Origin: an uncultured delta proteobacterium
GTDB taxonomy: Bacteria; Desulfobacterota; Desulfobacteria; Desulfobacterales; JAHEIW01
Direction: 5' to 3'
NCBI GenBank assembly: GCA_963706575.1
Contig: CAVPNL010000012.1
Location: 128,001 to 192,000, forward strand
Length of the DNA stretch: 64,000 nucleotides
The notes beneath the pieces are model-generated. The model was given only the letters and a program-made list of their open reading frames with translations. It made no database searches and had not been told where the DNA came from. Both the position numbers and the translations under genes were made by a program. Positions 39,585-49,122 of the stretch are shown here, one piece after another. The stretch's first letter is position 1. Each line of letters opens with the position of its first letter.

Positions 39585-40521
39585 AAACACAGCGAAATCG
39601 ATGAATAGGCGGCAATGGTCCAGTCGCAGTGTGGGGACACGCCTTGGACGGCGCATTTTTTATGGCATGATCCGTATCGGGGGTAAACCACTGGCCTATT
39701 TCTCGCTCTATTGGGTCGTGTTGTATTATGTTTTTTGCAGACCGTCTATCCGCAGAAGGTCAGATTACTATCTAAGCCACAGATTCCCAAATAGCAGCTG
39801 GCTGAAGCGGTATATAGAATGCTATAAACTTTTTGTGCAAATGGGTAAAATCTTAATCGACCAGGCGATCGTAGGAATCCTGGGACCCGAAAAAATGAAA
39901 TTCACTTTCCTCGGGCGGCAGAAATTGCTGGATCTTGTGCACAAAGGCAGTGGCTTTGTCCTGTTGATGTCTCATGTGGGTTGCTGGCAGGTGGCTCTTT
40001 CAGCACTTCATTTTCTGAAGGTTCCGGTAAACCTGCTTTTAGAGCAGGAGGAAGGCAATATCGACCGACACTATTTTGAACAAGCCACAATTAACTTTCC
40101 ACTTGGGATTATTGATCCGACTGACAACCTTGGCGGTACCCTTGAGATGTTGAGTGCCCTGAGAAAAGGCGAAGTGCTTTGTATGATGGGAGATAGAATA
40201 TTAGGAAGCGAAAAAAATTATTTGACGGTGAAGTTTTTGGAAGAAGAGGCACCATTTCCTTATAGCGCCTTCATGATTGCATCTGCTGCAAGTGTCCCGA
40301 TTGTTATTTTTTTCTCGTACAAAACCGGATACAACACTTACGCCTTGGAGATTTCCAAGATCATCCGCCCCCCGAGTAATCTGGGAAGATCCGGGGAATC
40401 TTACCGCCCTTATGTTGAACAGTTTGTTAAAGAACTGGAAATATTTGCTCAGAATTATCCATATCAATTTTTTAATTTTTACAACATGTGGCATCAAATC
40501 GAATCTGGCCGGAACCGATAA
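39571..40521 (+). CDS. Lipid A lauroyltransferase-like (LpxL family) acyltransferase
   Basis: WSSRS.G, SHVGCWQ, MMGDR, YPYQFFNFY. Confidence 0.88.
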   Translation: MQQDKNTAKSMNRRQWSSRSVGTRLGRRIFYGMIRIGGKPLAYFSLYWVVLYYVFCRPSIRRRSDYYLSHRFPNSSWLKRYIECYKLFVQMGKILIDQAIVGILGPEKMKFTFLGRQKLLDLVHKGSGFVLLMSHVGCWQVALSALHFLKVPVNLLLEQEEGNIDRHYFEQATINFPLGIIDPTDNLGGTLEMLSALRKGEVLCMMGDRILGSEKNYLTVKFLEEEAPFPYSAFMIASAASVPIVIFFSYKTGYNTYALEISKIIRPPSNLGRSGESYRPYVEQFVKELEIFAQNYPYQFFNFYNMWHQIESGRNR

Positions 40522-40619
40522 AGCGATCTGACCATTCAGTTGCCTTGCATTCTCTAAAAAAAAATGTTTGGGAAACTCAAATACCGGCTTGAAAGAAGTG
40601 GTGAAAGGAATTAAGGATA

Positions 40620-40874
40620 ATGGTGCTGAATGAAAAGCTAAAAATCATAATTATTGAAGAATTGAATCTGGAAGATATAACCCCGGCAGATATCGATGAT
40701 GACGCCCCCTTGTTCGGCGAAGGATTGGGATTGGACTCCCTTGATGCCGTTGAGCTCGTCGTACAGGTTCAAAAATATTTTGGTGTGGAAATAAAAGATA
40801 TGGATGAGGGACGAGTAGCCTTTCAGTCCATAAATTCACTCAGTGATTTCATAGAGGAGCGCAGGAGCACATGA
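40620..40874 (+). CDS. Acyl carrier protein (aryl-polyene type)
   Basis: LNLEDITP.DIDDD.PLFGEGLGLDSLDAVEL. Confidence 0.93.
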   Translation: MVLNEKLKIIIIEELNLEDITPADIDDDAPLFGEGLGLDSLDAVELVVQVQKYFGVEIKDMDEGRVAFQSINSLSDFIEERRST

Positions 40875-42073
40875 GTTCCTTCCCTCCCGTTCCAGTAACC
40901 GGTATCGGCTGTTTGTGTGCTGCCGGTGCAAATCTGAACGAATGCATGGACTCCCTATTCGCCGGCAAGCGTAAACCGTTTCCACCCACCCGATTCTTCA
41001 AGCGACCATCAGGCAGCTTATCCAGTCTTTGAAATTTCCAACGCTTTTCCTGCCGGAAGCTCCAATCAAAGATCCGATATACTGTTTACCGCTGAACTGG
41101 CCCTCATCGCAGCAAAGGAGGCGATAGAAAATGCAGGATGGAACCGCGAAGCGCTCAAAACAAACAGAGTCGGTGTCTGTATCGGCACCACCGTCGGTAG
41201 TGCGATGAACAATGAAGAATTTTATCGTTCATACCGTAACGGAGAAAATCCGAACATGGAAGCCATTACCCGCTTTTTAAACAGCAATCCGGCTCAGGTT
41301 ATCGCCGCAGAATATTGGTTTGACCGGCCCCTGCCAAACAGTGGTTAATGCGTGTTCTTCTGGGACTGATGCCATCGGGTTAGGCGCATCCTGGATCCGT
41401 TCCGGTATGTGTGATGTCGTTCTGGCCGGAGGAGCGGATGAATTATGTCGGGTAACCTATAACGGTTTTATTTCTTTAATGATTACAGATGACTCTCCCT
41501 GCAAGCCATTTGATGCGAACCGCAAAGGTTTGAACCTGGGTGAAGGTTCGGCCGTTCTGGTTCTGGAGTCCTCAGATTTATGTCGCTCAAGAAACCAGCT
41601 CTGCACGGGCCTCGGTATTAAGTTTTGGCTCAGGGTGCGACGCCTATCATCTCACAGCCCCCGCACCGGATGGAAGAGGATTGAAGCAGGCTATTGCAGC
41701 GGCTATGGCTGCATGCGACAAAACCGCTGAACATGTTGCTTTTGTTAACGCCCATGGAACGGGCACACTCGATAATGACCGGGTTGAAAGTTTGGTTCTC
41801 AACGAATTGTTACCTCAAGTACCGTATCTGTCTACAAAAGGTTATACGGGTCATACCCTCGGTGCCGCCGGAGCAATAGAAGCCGCATTCACGATTGCCT
41901 GCCTGGAAGCGGGAAAGATTCCTGCCTCTGCCGGTTTTGAAACCCCGGATCCAGAACTGCCGACAACACCGGTTAAACATCAGACAGCTGTGAATGGCTC
42001 AATTGCTATTACACAATCACTTGCATTTGGCGGCAACAACGCAGTTGTTATTTTCGGAAAAGGTGATTCTTAA
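40871..42073 (+). pseudogene. Beta-ketoacyl synthase KS4 (about three frameshifts)
   Basis: VTGIGCLCAAG, GVCIGTTVG, VVNACSSG (Cys), NAHGTGT, GHTLGAAG, SLAFGG. Confidence 0.85.
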
Positions 42074-42074
42074 T

Positions 42075-43172
42075 ATGCGAACAGCTATCAGGGGTATCGG
42101 TATCGTGGGCGGATTCGGATGCGGAATTGAAGACCTTAAAAAAGCTCTCATTTCCGGCAAAAGGACACCAAAAATGACTTCGCTGTCAATTAAAAATCAG
42201 ACGATTGAGATGCCGGTTTATCTTTGCGATACATTCCCGTGGAGCGGTTCGTTAACAAAAGAGCCTTAAGACGGGTCGATCATTTTTCCAGGTTGGCTGT
42301 GCTGGGGTCTTTTCTGGCGTTAGAAGATGCGAACGGTGCTCCAAGACGATCATCAAAATTTGGCCGTTGTCATTGCCACCGGATACGGTGCAAGCCAGAC
42401 AACTTTCTCTTTTCTGGATACGGCCTTTGATGACGGGGATGCCTGCGCTTCGCCAACCCTTTTTTCCAACTCGGTTCATAATGCGGCCGCAGCCCACGTT
42501 TCAATTTTGCTCAACGCAAGAGGCCCAAATTTAACCGTCAGCCAATTTGAAATGTCGGTACCTTCAGCAATGCTGACTGCCTGCCAGTGGCTGGAGGATA
42601 AAATCGTTGATGCGGTGCTTTTTGGGGGAGTCGATGAATACTGCAGCGTGCTGGGTTACTGCTGGCAGCGCTTTTTCGGAGCCGGATCCCCAGTTCAGCA
42701 TGAAGCCATTGGAATGGAGTACCAAAGCGCCATCACCGGCGAAGGATCCGCCTTTTTTCTTTTAACCCGGGATGAAGGGGATAAACCCAAATATGGTTTT
42801 ATAACGAGATATTCAAATTGGCCATGTCAGAAAGTATAAGCCACAAGGTCCCAGAAGATGCCTTTTTGTTTTTGGGTGCCGATGGACAAAAATCCTCCGG
42901 TACTCACTATGCGCTGTGTTTCCGCAAGGTACACCCTCCGCGGTCTATACACCACTATTACGGCAGTTTTCCGGCCGGTTTTGCATTTGATATGGCGATC
43001 GCCGGCTTAAGCATCCAAGAACGCACGATTTATGCTACGCCTGAGCATGCCGGCGACAATTCCGGGCTGAAAATTGTTAGGGAGGAACAACGATCTCGTG
43101 TCTGAACAAATCTGTTGTCTTAAATTCAGCTGCGAAGGTGAATTCGCGATGATTACAATGAGCGTAACATAA
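42075..43172 (+). pseudogene. Chain-length-factor-like KS (ApeC-like; several frameshifts)
   Basis: MRTAIRGIG.., LRRVDHFSRLA, ASPTLFSNSVHNAAA, GGVDE, GEGSAFF; no catalytic Cys. Confidence 0.8.
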
Positions 43173-43213
43173 GACTGATAGATTACTACAAATATGGAGA
43201 AACCGAGAAGCCC

Positions 43214-43819
43214 ATGCAAATGAAAAAATCCATTGTTAAGTATATGTTACCAAATCTCTGGCCGCTTTTTCTATGTTTTCTCTGTCTGATGATTTTTCCG
43301 CAGGCGACATCCGCTGAAGATGACAATACAGAAAAAGTTCCTGATCGCTATGGGGCAGCCTCAATAATCGGGTACAATTACGACCCGTCCGAAAATATCG
43401 TTTTCGGATTGCTTTCAGGATTTGCCTTATATGACTACGACAAGATATGGCCACATGCCGCTCCCGAAGCGCTTCGCTTTAAAGTGGAAGTTAGTGCTGG
43501 AGCGACGTTGAAAAATGAAAAGGGCGTCATCCTATCCGCAGGATTTCTGGCTCTTTATTATCTGGACAGTTTGGCCGGACGCGGTCTGCGCCCCTATGTA
43601 GAAGGGGGTATCGGAGGCATTTTTACACAATGGCGGGTTGACGGCCAGGGGTCCAACGTCAATTTTAACCCGCAAATCGGAGTGGGAACGGAATTTTCCC
43701 TTGGATCCGGCCCACCGTTTCTGGCGGCACTGAGGCTTCATCATATATCCAACGCCGGCCTTGCCGATGACAACCGGGGTGTCAACTCAGTTGTATTCGT
43801 ACTTGGCCGTTTCTTTTAA
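43214..43819 (+). CDS. Acyloxyacyl hydrolase / lipid A 3-O-deacylase (PagL-like beta-barrel)
   Basis: Signal peptide; PYVEGGIG, NFNPQIGVG, HHISNAGL..NRGVN catalytic motif; C-terminal Phe. Confidence 0.88.
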   Translation: MQMKKSIVKYMLPNLWPLFLCFLCLMIFPQATSAEDDNTEKVPDRYGAASIIGYNYDPSENIVFGLLSGFALYDYDKIWPHAAPEALRFKVEVSAGATLKNEKGVILSAGFLALYYLDSLAGRGLRPYVEGGIGGIFTQWRVDGQGSNVNFNPQIGVGTEFSLGSGPPFLAALRLHHISNAGLADDNRGVNSVVFVLGRFF

Positions 43820-43946
43820 TGTTGCCGACAGCCGTCTGACAGCGACCGCAGGTCGGCTTTAAATTCGAATCTGATTTTTTGATTTTGCTTTTTGGTCGCC
43901 GACAAATTCTTATTTTCGGTTAAAACAGTTTACCCCCACCGAATCC

Positions 43947-44888
43947 TTAAATAAACAGATCAACCACTTCACGGATCATGTTATCTTTGTAATCCGATGA
44001 TGCTTTGACCGATTGGATGAAATCTATCGCCTCCGGCGTACCCAGGTCTCCGATAGCCTTTAATGCCATGGTTTTTTCGATATTTTCCTTGGTGTTATAA
44101 AGTTCCTTCAAATAATCAAACTGATCAACAGCACCTAAAACACCCAACGAGCAGGTTGCACAAACTCTCACCATGCTGTCTTGGTGATGGGTCAAAGCAA
44201 CCAAAGGCTCAATCGCTGCCGGATTATTGGTGTATCCCAACTCAAGAACTTTTAAAAAAGAAAACTCGTCAAACTGATTGTTTATATCATCTACCAATGA
44301 TTTGATTTTATCATCAGAGGCTTGTAAGCCAGAATAATAGCGGTTAATTTTTGAAGCGATTTCCTTAACCATCAAAGAAACAGGCACATTGTAACAGGGA
44401 TCTTCTACTTCTCTAAATGCCCAAACTGGAACTTTTCCTCTTTTAAAATAAAATACAACGCGATGCGAATCACCATTTTGTTTCAGTTCCCCCGCAAAAG
44501 TGGTAAATGTCCAGTAGGGGGAAAAACCTGATGTGCGAAGATTCCGAATTCGATATTTATCTACATCTAACACTAATCCTCCATCAGCATCGCTGGAATA
44601 ATGAAGGTTTATGCCCCGAGAAATTAGGGCCGCTTCAAGATTTGTTCCCAGAAAGAAAATTTCATTTTCCATATTTACCAGAACAACGGGCAATGTGCCT
44701 GTAGATAATTTTTTATCTTCCCCACTTCGTTGATCATTAATCCGTAGATTTAATTTTTCTTGAGATCCCTGGGAGTAAACCACGGAAGACGGCGACGGTT
44801 CCTTGATATAAAATGTTTTAGTACATCCGAAAGCAGTAACCAAGGCCAAAAAAATCCCCAAGTAGCTTAAATGCTTAAATTTAATCAT
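43947..44888 (-). CDS. Lipoprotein with YajG-like N-domain and C-terminal HEAT repeats
   Basis: Lipobox AFGC; INDQR; LELGY..NP.AIEPL, SLGVLG, ALKAIGDLGT. Confidence 0.8.
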   Translation of the reverse strand: MIKFKHLSYLGIFLALVTAFGCTKTFYIKEPSPSSVVYSQGSQEKLNLRINDQRSGEDKKLSTGTLPVVLVNMENEIFFLGTNLEAALISRGINLHYSSDADGGLVLDVDKYRIRNLRTSGFSPYWTFTTFAGELKQNGDSHRVVFYFKRGKVPVWAFREVEDPCYNVPVSLMVKEIASKINRYYSGLQASDDKIKSLVDDINNQFDEFSFLKVLELGYTNNPAAIEPLVALTHHQDSMVRVCATCSLGVLGAVDQFDYLKELYNTKENIEKTMALKAIGDLGTPEAIDFIQSVKASSDYKDNMIREVVDLFI

Positions 44889-45032
44889 AATGCCCTCCTT
44901 TCATTTGCCAAAGTTCAAAAGCGCCAATGGGGGGTGCGAACATCTGGGCATGATAATACCCCCCCTAATCGGTTCCCAAGAATTTTGTCTGATGCATACC
45001 CTAAAAAATCACGCACCCTGTTAAAAAAAATA

Positions 45033-46580
45033 TTAGAGGTGTGAAAGCCAAAATCCATGCAAACCAAGAGGCATGGAATGGTTGAGATAAGCTTCCGCAA
45101 CAGGGCCTTCAGAAACGTGATTGGCGCTAAAAATGGCCAATAATGTTTTCTGTTTGCCACTGTTGTAGACTTCGGTCAGTAACCAGCCTGGTTCAGCAGA
45201 AGCATCCGGAGGATAGATGTGGTTCGGTTTCGGAACAAAAACCGGTTCGCTGCAGAATACCCCTTTCCCAAAATTATAACTTTCCGACTTTAATGATTCC
45301 ATGTCGATTCTTGCAATTTCGGTAAAAAAAACCTGATCTTTATGCCGTTTCGCAAAATATCCTAAACGGTGTTTATGACAAACAAATTGAGGATTGACAA
45401 ACGGAAATTCATAGTCGCCTTTATCCAGAATTTCTAGCCGAATGTTTTTCTTTGCAGTATGAATCACATATCTTCGAATTTCACCCGGATAGTTGTATTG
45501 GCCTCTGTGACCCTCCATGATTGCGCAAAGAGCGGGATCCACTCCCAAGATATGATCCGGATTCTGATAGCCGATGTAATCTGCTATAATTTCATCACCC
45601 GCTTCATATGCATTTAAAACATGCCACATCCAACACGCATCTGCACCCAATTGAAAGGGCGCTTTTTCGCCCAATCTATCGAAAACCAGGATGAGGTTGC
45701 CGATTCCGGGTTTCCAACGCATTGTGCCCAGAAAACTCTTCTGGCCTGAGAGGTATTCAAAAAAATTTATATCCATGGATGGCAGATTAAAGATAATATG
45801 TCGGTTGGTTACAAAGAAATCGTGCATATAGACTGCACGAGGTAATTTGAATTTTTGATGTCTTTTTAGCTGACCATTTTTCTTAAAAATCGTAATATGC
45901 AATATTACCTTCATTCCAAATTCAAGACCAAAAAAGAGCCATTCTCCGGTCCTACCGTCAATTTTAGAGTGAGAATATAATATCGTTGTGTTATGCGGCA
46001 TACCCAAACTGGTTTTCCCCTTTGTGCTTAACGTGGCGGCGTCTAATTCGTAGGCAGGCATAGCATCATCAAAGGCATACAGTTTGCCATTTCGCGCTAC
46101 TGCTCTTACCCCGGCCTGGCTTTTAGGACTGCCCCCCAAGAAGTTTCCCAAAACCCCACCGGGTGCCTGGGTCGTCCAGGTTGGATATATAAACCTGCCG
46201 GCCTGAGATTCCTCGACATATTTTGCGGTTCGCACAAATTTGTTTTGAAAGTAAACTTTACCATCGGCGATTCGAAATGCCTGAATCATGCCGTCACCAT
46301 CTAATAGACAGCGTTTGCGGTATCCGGCCCTTTCGAAAAGTCCAGGGCCGTTTCGGTAAAGCGTGCCTCGCAATTCTGAAGGAATTCTACCCTCAACAAC
46401 AGCTTCATAATTATATTCGTTCGTAACGGAAGTTGCTAAAGCTAAGGCGGGAAACTGTTTATAATCCTGATTTCGAAAATCAGGTGATTTTAGGGGAAGA
46501 TTAGATGCCGCACACCCGGATAACATAGCGGCGCTGACACAGCCGCCGGTTAAAGTAAAAAACTCTCTGCGAGTAAGCAT
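45033..46580 (-). CDS. Carotenoid oxygenase (RPE65/CCD family) with Tat-lipoprotein signal
   Basis: TRREFF + LSGC; GTLYRNGPG, DGDGM, four His (YSHSK, YMHDF, MWHVL, GLHGF), EFP, SEPVFVP. Confidence 0.92.
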   Translation of the reverse strand: MLTRREFFTLTGGCVSAAMLSGCAASNLPLKSPDFRNQDYKQFPALALATSVTNEYNYEAVVEGRIPSELRGTLYRNGPGLFERAGYRKRCLLDGDGMIQAFRIADGKVYFQNKFVRTAKYVEESQAGRFIYPTWTTQAPGGVLGNFLGGSPKSQAGVRAVARNGKLYAFDDAMPAYELDAATLSTKGKTSLGMPHNTTILYSHSKIDGRTGEWLFFGLEFGMKVILHITIFKKNGQLKRHQKFKLPRAVYMHDFFVTNRHIIFNLPSMDINFFEYLSGQKSFLGTMRWKPGIGNLILVFDRLGEKAPFQLGADACWMWHVLNAYEAGDEIIADYIGYQNPDHILGVDPALCAIMEGHRGQYNYPGEIRRYVIHTAKKNIRLEILDKGDYEFPFVNPQFVCHKHRLGYFAKRHKDQVFFTEIARIDMESLKSESYNFGKGVFCSEPVFVPKPNHIYPPDASAEPGWLLTEVYNSGKQKTLLAIFSANHVSEGPVAEAYLNHSMPLGLHGFWLSHL

Positions 46581-46735
46581 AGATCTACCTGCATCTCATT
46601 ATTGCCGTAATTTATATTAATTAAAAACATCCAATCGCTATCGAATTTTCATTTTTCAGTGAATTAAAAATATGAATATCTTAAATTGCCTTAATTTGCT
46701 GGACAACAATTGCCAGCTGACTTATTAATTAAAAT

Positions 46736-47587
46736 ATGAATTCATATAGAACATATCCCAAAATTTGGCAAATGGGTTTAAAATACCTGTTAATCTTTAT
46801 GGCATTGTCTGCATTCGGTTGCAACGGGACCCGATTCATATTTAAAGGCAGCGATGATATAATTTCAACACCTGATAAGGTTGGTCTTGTTTATGAAGAC
46901 GTCTGGTTCACCACTCAAGACGATATAAAGCTTCATGCATGGTTGGTACCGGGAGAACCGAATAAGCCAATTGTGGTTTTTTTCCACGGCAATGCGGCGA
47001 ATATCTCACACCGTGTGGACATTCTCCAATATTTTAACGAAATGGGTTTCTCGGTATTTATTTTCGATTACAGAGGGTTCGGAAAAAGCAATGGCCAAGC
47101 GAATTCCGAAGAAGATCTATACATAGACTCGAGAGGCGCTCTGAATTATTTAAAATCCAGAGGTTGGTCAGCATCCCGCATGATTTATTACGGCCGTTCA
47201 ATGGGCGCTGCCGCTTCCCTTCAGATGGGGCTCGAATTTCCACCGGCTGTGGTGGTTATGGAGGCCCCTTTTACTTCTATGTCAGAGATTGCCTGGCACA
47301 CGGCACCTATCACCTATGCATTGATCGGCTGGTGGTCAATTCGTGCCCGATTTGATAATATTAATAAAATTGAAAAGCTTACAACACCTGTGGTTTTTTT
47401 TCAGGGAGACAAGGACCATATTGTTCCCGTGGATATGGCCCAGCGCCTTTATGCGCGCGCAAATGAGCCCAAGGCATTTTATTTGATTCCTGAAGGCGGG
47501 CATAGTAATCTTTACCAGGTCGGCGGTGAAAAATATCGCGAAATCTGGTTGAAATTAGCCGGTCATCATCTACCCATGAGAGGTTGA
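46736..47587 (+). CDS. Alpha/beta hydrolase (ABHD/BEM46-like)
   Basis: FFHGNA.N, DYRGFG, GRSMG nucleophile, GDKD, GGH; lipobox-like AFGC. Confidence 0.92.
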   Translation: MNSYRTYPKIWQMGLKYLLIFMALSAFGCNGTRFIFKGSDDIISTPDKVGLVYEDVWFTTQDDIKLHAWLVPGEPNKPIVVFFHGNAANISHRVDILQYFNEMGFSVFIFDYRGFGKSNGQANSEEDLYIDSRGALNYLKSRGWSASRMIYYGRSMGAAASLQMGLEFPPAVVVMEAPFTSMSEIAWHTAPITYALIGWWSIRARFDNINKIEKLTTPVVFFQGDKDHIVPVDMAQRLYARANEPKAFYLIPEGGHSNLYQVGGEKYREIWLKLAGHHLPMRG

Positions 47588-47888
47588 ACCCCTTTTACAG
47601 ATACCTAAATTCAGACACCTTTTAAATTTTTAAACATACGTATGATGCCTTAAACCAAAGCAGACCGATCTTTGAGTTTTGACAGAAACTTTGATGGTTT
47701 TAATAATTGATACCAGCCTTCCAAGGAGGATTTTATCGAAGAAAAACGTAACTATTGAAAATTTGGTCTGAGTGTTTTACAATAAAGGTTGGTTTAAACC
47801 TCATAATTCAGGGGTATTTGAAACTGAAGTGATCCGCAAAATCCAGAGTTAAATTTTTTTAAATAAAAACTTTTAATTTACTTAAAAG

Positions 47889-47916
47889 AAAGGGCTCTTT
47901 GGGGTCCTTTTTTTTT
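47889..47916 (+). terminator. Intrinsic terminator-like hairpin just upstream of the PPIase RBS
   Basis: AAGGGCTC-TTTG-GGGTCCTT followed by a T run. Confidence 0.55.
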
Positions 47917-47942
47917 GACTTTAATTTAAAGGAGACCATTAA

Positions 47943-48926
47943 ATGAATTTTTCCCAGATCAGGCCGGTGATAAAATCACTTACGGTGTTGACCCTAATAC
48001 TGCTGTCAGCTTTGGCTTGGGCCGCAGAAACAAAAGCGCCCGGGGATAAGGTCGCCGTGGTCAACGGTGTTACGATCAGCAAAGATACGTATGACCGCGA
48101 ACTGGATTTTTTCGTCAGGCGGGCTGCGCCGGGTGGACAACAGATTCCCGATGTGCAAATGGCTCAGATGAAAAATGATGTGCTGGAAAGTCTTATTGAC
48201 CGCGAATTGCTCTTCCAGGAAAGCAAAAAAAAGGGGGTTCAGGTAAAATCTGAAGCTGTCTCAGATCAACTTCAGAAGATCCAACAAAGATATCCGAACA
48301 AAGAAGAATTTAATAAGCTGCTGAGCAATATGGGGCTCACCGAATCAGACGTACAAGCGCAGATAGAGCGCGGTATGGCCATCCAGGAACTCATTGACAA
48401 AGAAGTCACCGAAAAAATCAAGGTCAGCGATGAAGAAACCAAGTCCTTTTACGATAAGAATCCACAGCTTTTCCAGCAACCCGAGCAGGTAAAAGCCAGC
48501 CACATCTTAATCAAAGTAAAGAGTGATGCGCCTGATGACCAGAAGGCCGAAGCCCACAAAAAGATTGAAGCCGTTCAGCAAAAAGTGCAGAAAGGAGAGG
48601 ATTTTGCGACCCTCGCCAAAACCTATTCCGAGGGGCCCAGCGGCCCGAGAGGAGGAGACCTGGGCTACTTCAAGCGCGGCCAGATGGTCAAGCCTTTTGA
48701 AGAAGCGGCTTTTAGCTTAAAACCGAACGAGACCAGCGAAATCGTTGAAACTCAATTCGGGTACCACCTGATCAAAGTCAATGACATAAAGCCCGCAAAA
48801 AAGATGACCTATGCAGAGGTCAAAGATCGCCTTAACGAACACCTGAAGAAGCAGAAGACGGATTCAGAAACCAACGCTTACATTGAAACGCTTCGCAAAG
48901 ACGCAAAAATAGAAAAATTTATATAA
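47943..48926 (+). CDS. Parvulin-type peptidyl-prolyl isomerase (PrsA/SurA-like)
   Basis: Signal peptide; VKASHILI, FATLAKTYS, GGDLGYF..GQMVKPFEEAAF, TQFGYHLI. Confidence 0.95.
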   Translation: MNFSQIRPVIKSLTVLTLILLSALAWAAETKAPGDKVAVVNGVTISKDTYDRELDFFVRRAAPGGQQIPDVQMAQMKNDVLESLIDRELLFQESKKKGVQVKSEAVSDQLQKIQQRYPNKEEFNKLLSNMGLTESDVQAQIERGMAIQELIDKEVTEKIKVSDEETKSFYDKNPQLFQQPEQVKASHILIKVKSDAPDDQKAEAHKKIEAVQQKVQKGEDFATLAKTYSEGPSGPRGGDLGYFKRGQMVKPFEEAAFSLKPNETSEIVETQFGYHLIKVNDIKPAKKMTYAEVKDRLNEHLKKQKTDSETNAYIETLRKDAKIEKFI

Positions 48927-48929
48927 TCC

Positions 48930-49100
48930 TTGATAATCTCGTAAAAAGTCAGAAAAGCAAGCCTTTTACGAGTGTGTTTTGTATTTGGTGTTTAGTGTTT
49001 AGTATTCTAACATGCCGATATAGCATCACCTATTTCATACCAAACACCAAACACGAAACACCAAACACTTGACGAATTCGACTTTTTACGAGTTCATCAA
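48930..49100. mobile_element. MITE-like element (TIR TTGATAATCTCGTAAAAAGTC) with a nested heptamer palindrome
   Basis: 21-bp TIRs with 19 matches; interior GTGTTT(A/G) x4 versus AAACAC(C/G) x4. Confidence 0.75.
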
Positions 49101-49122
49101 CCTTTATTCAAAAAGGAGATGC

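Larger units (their letters stand above)
15525..47587. other. Specialised lipid biosynthesis island (aryl-polyene/ladderane-like type-II FAS/PKS with B12-radical SAM enzymes and accessory envelope proteins)
   Basis: Contiguous, largely translationally coupled KS/ACP/dehydratase/rSAM/GT/acyltransferase/MMPL/LolA genes; the same lipoprotein families occur at the left end and inside the operon. Confidence 0.85.

Noticed and set aside
49069..49122. N-terminal extension of the MBL hydrolase
   Set aside because: It derives from the MITE right end; AAGGAG precedes ATG 49123.
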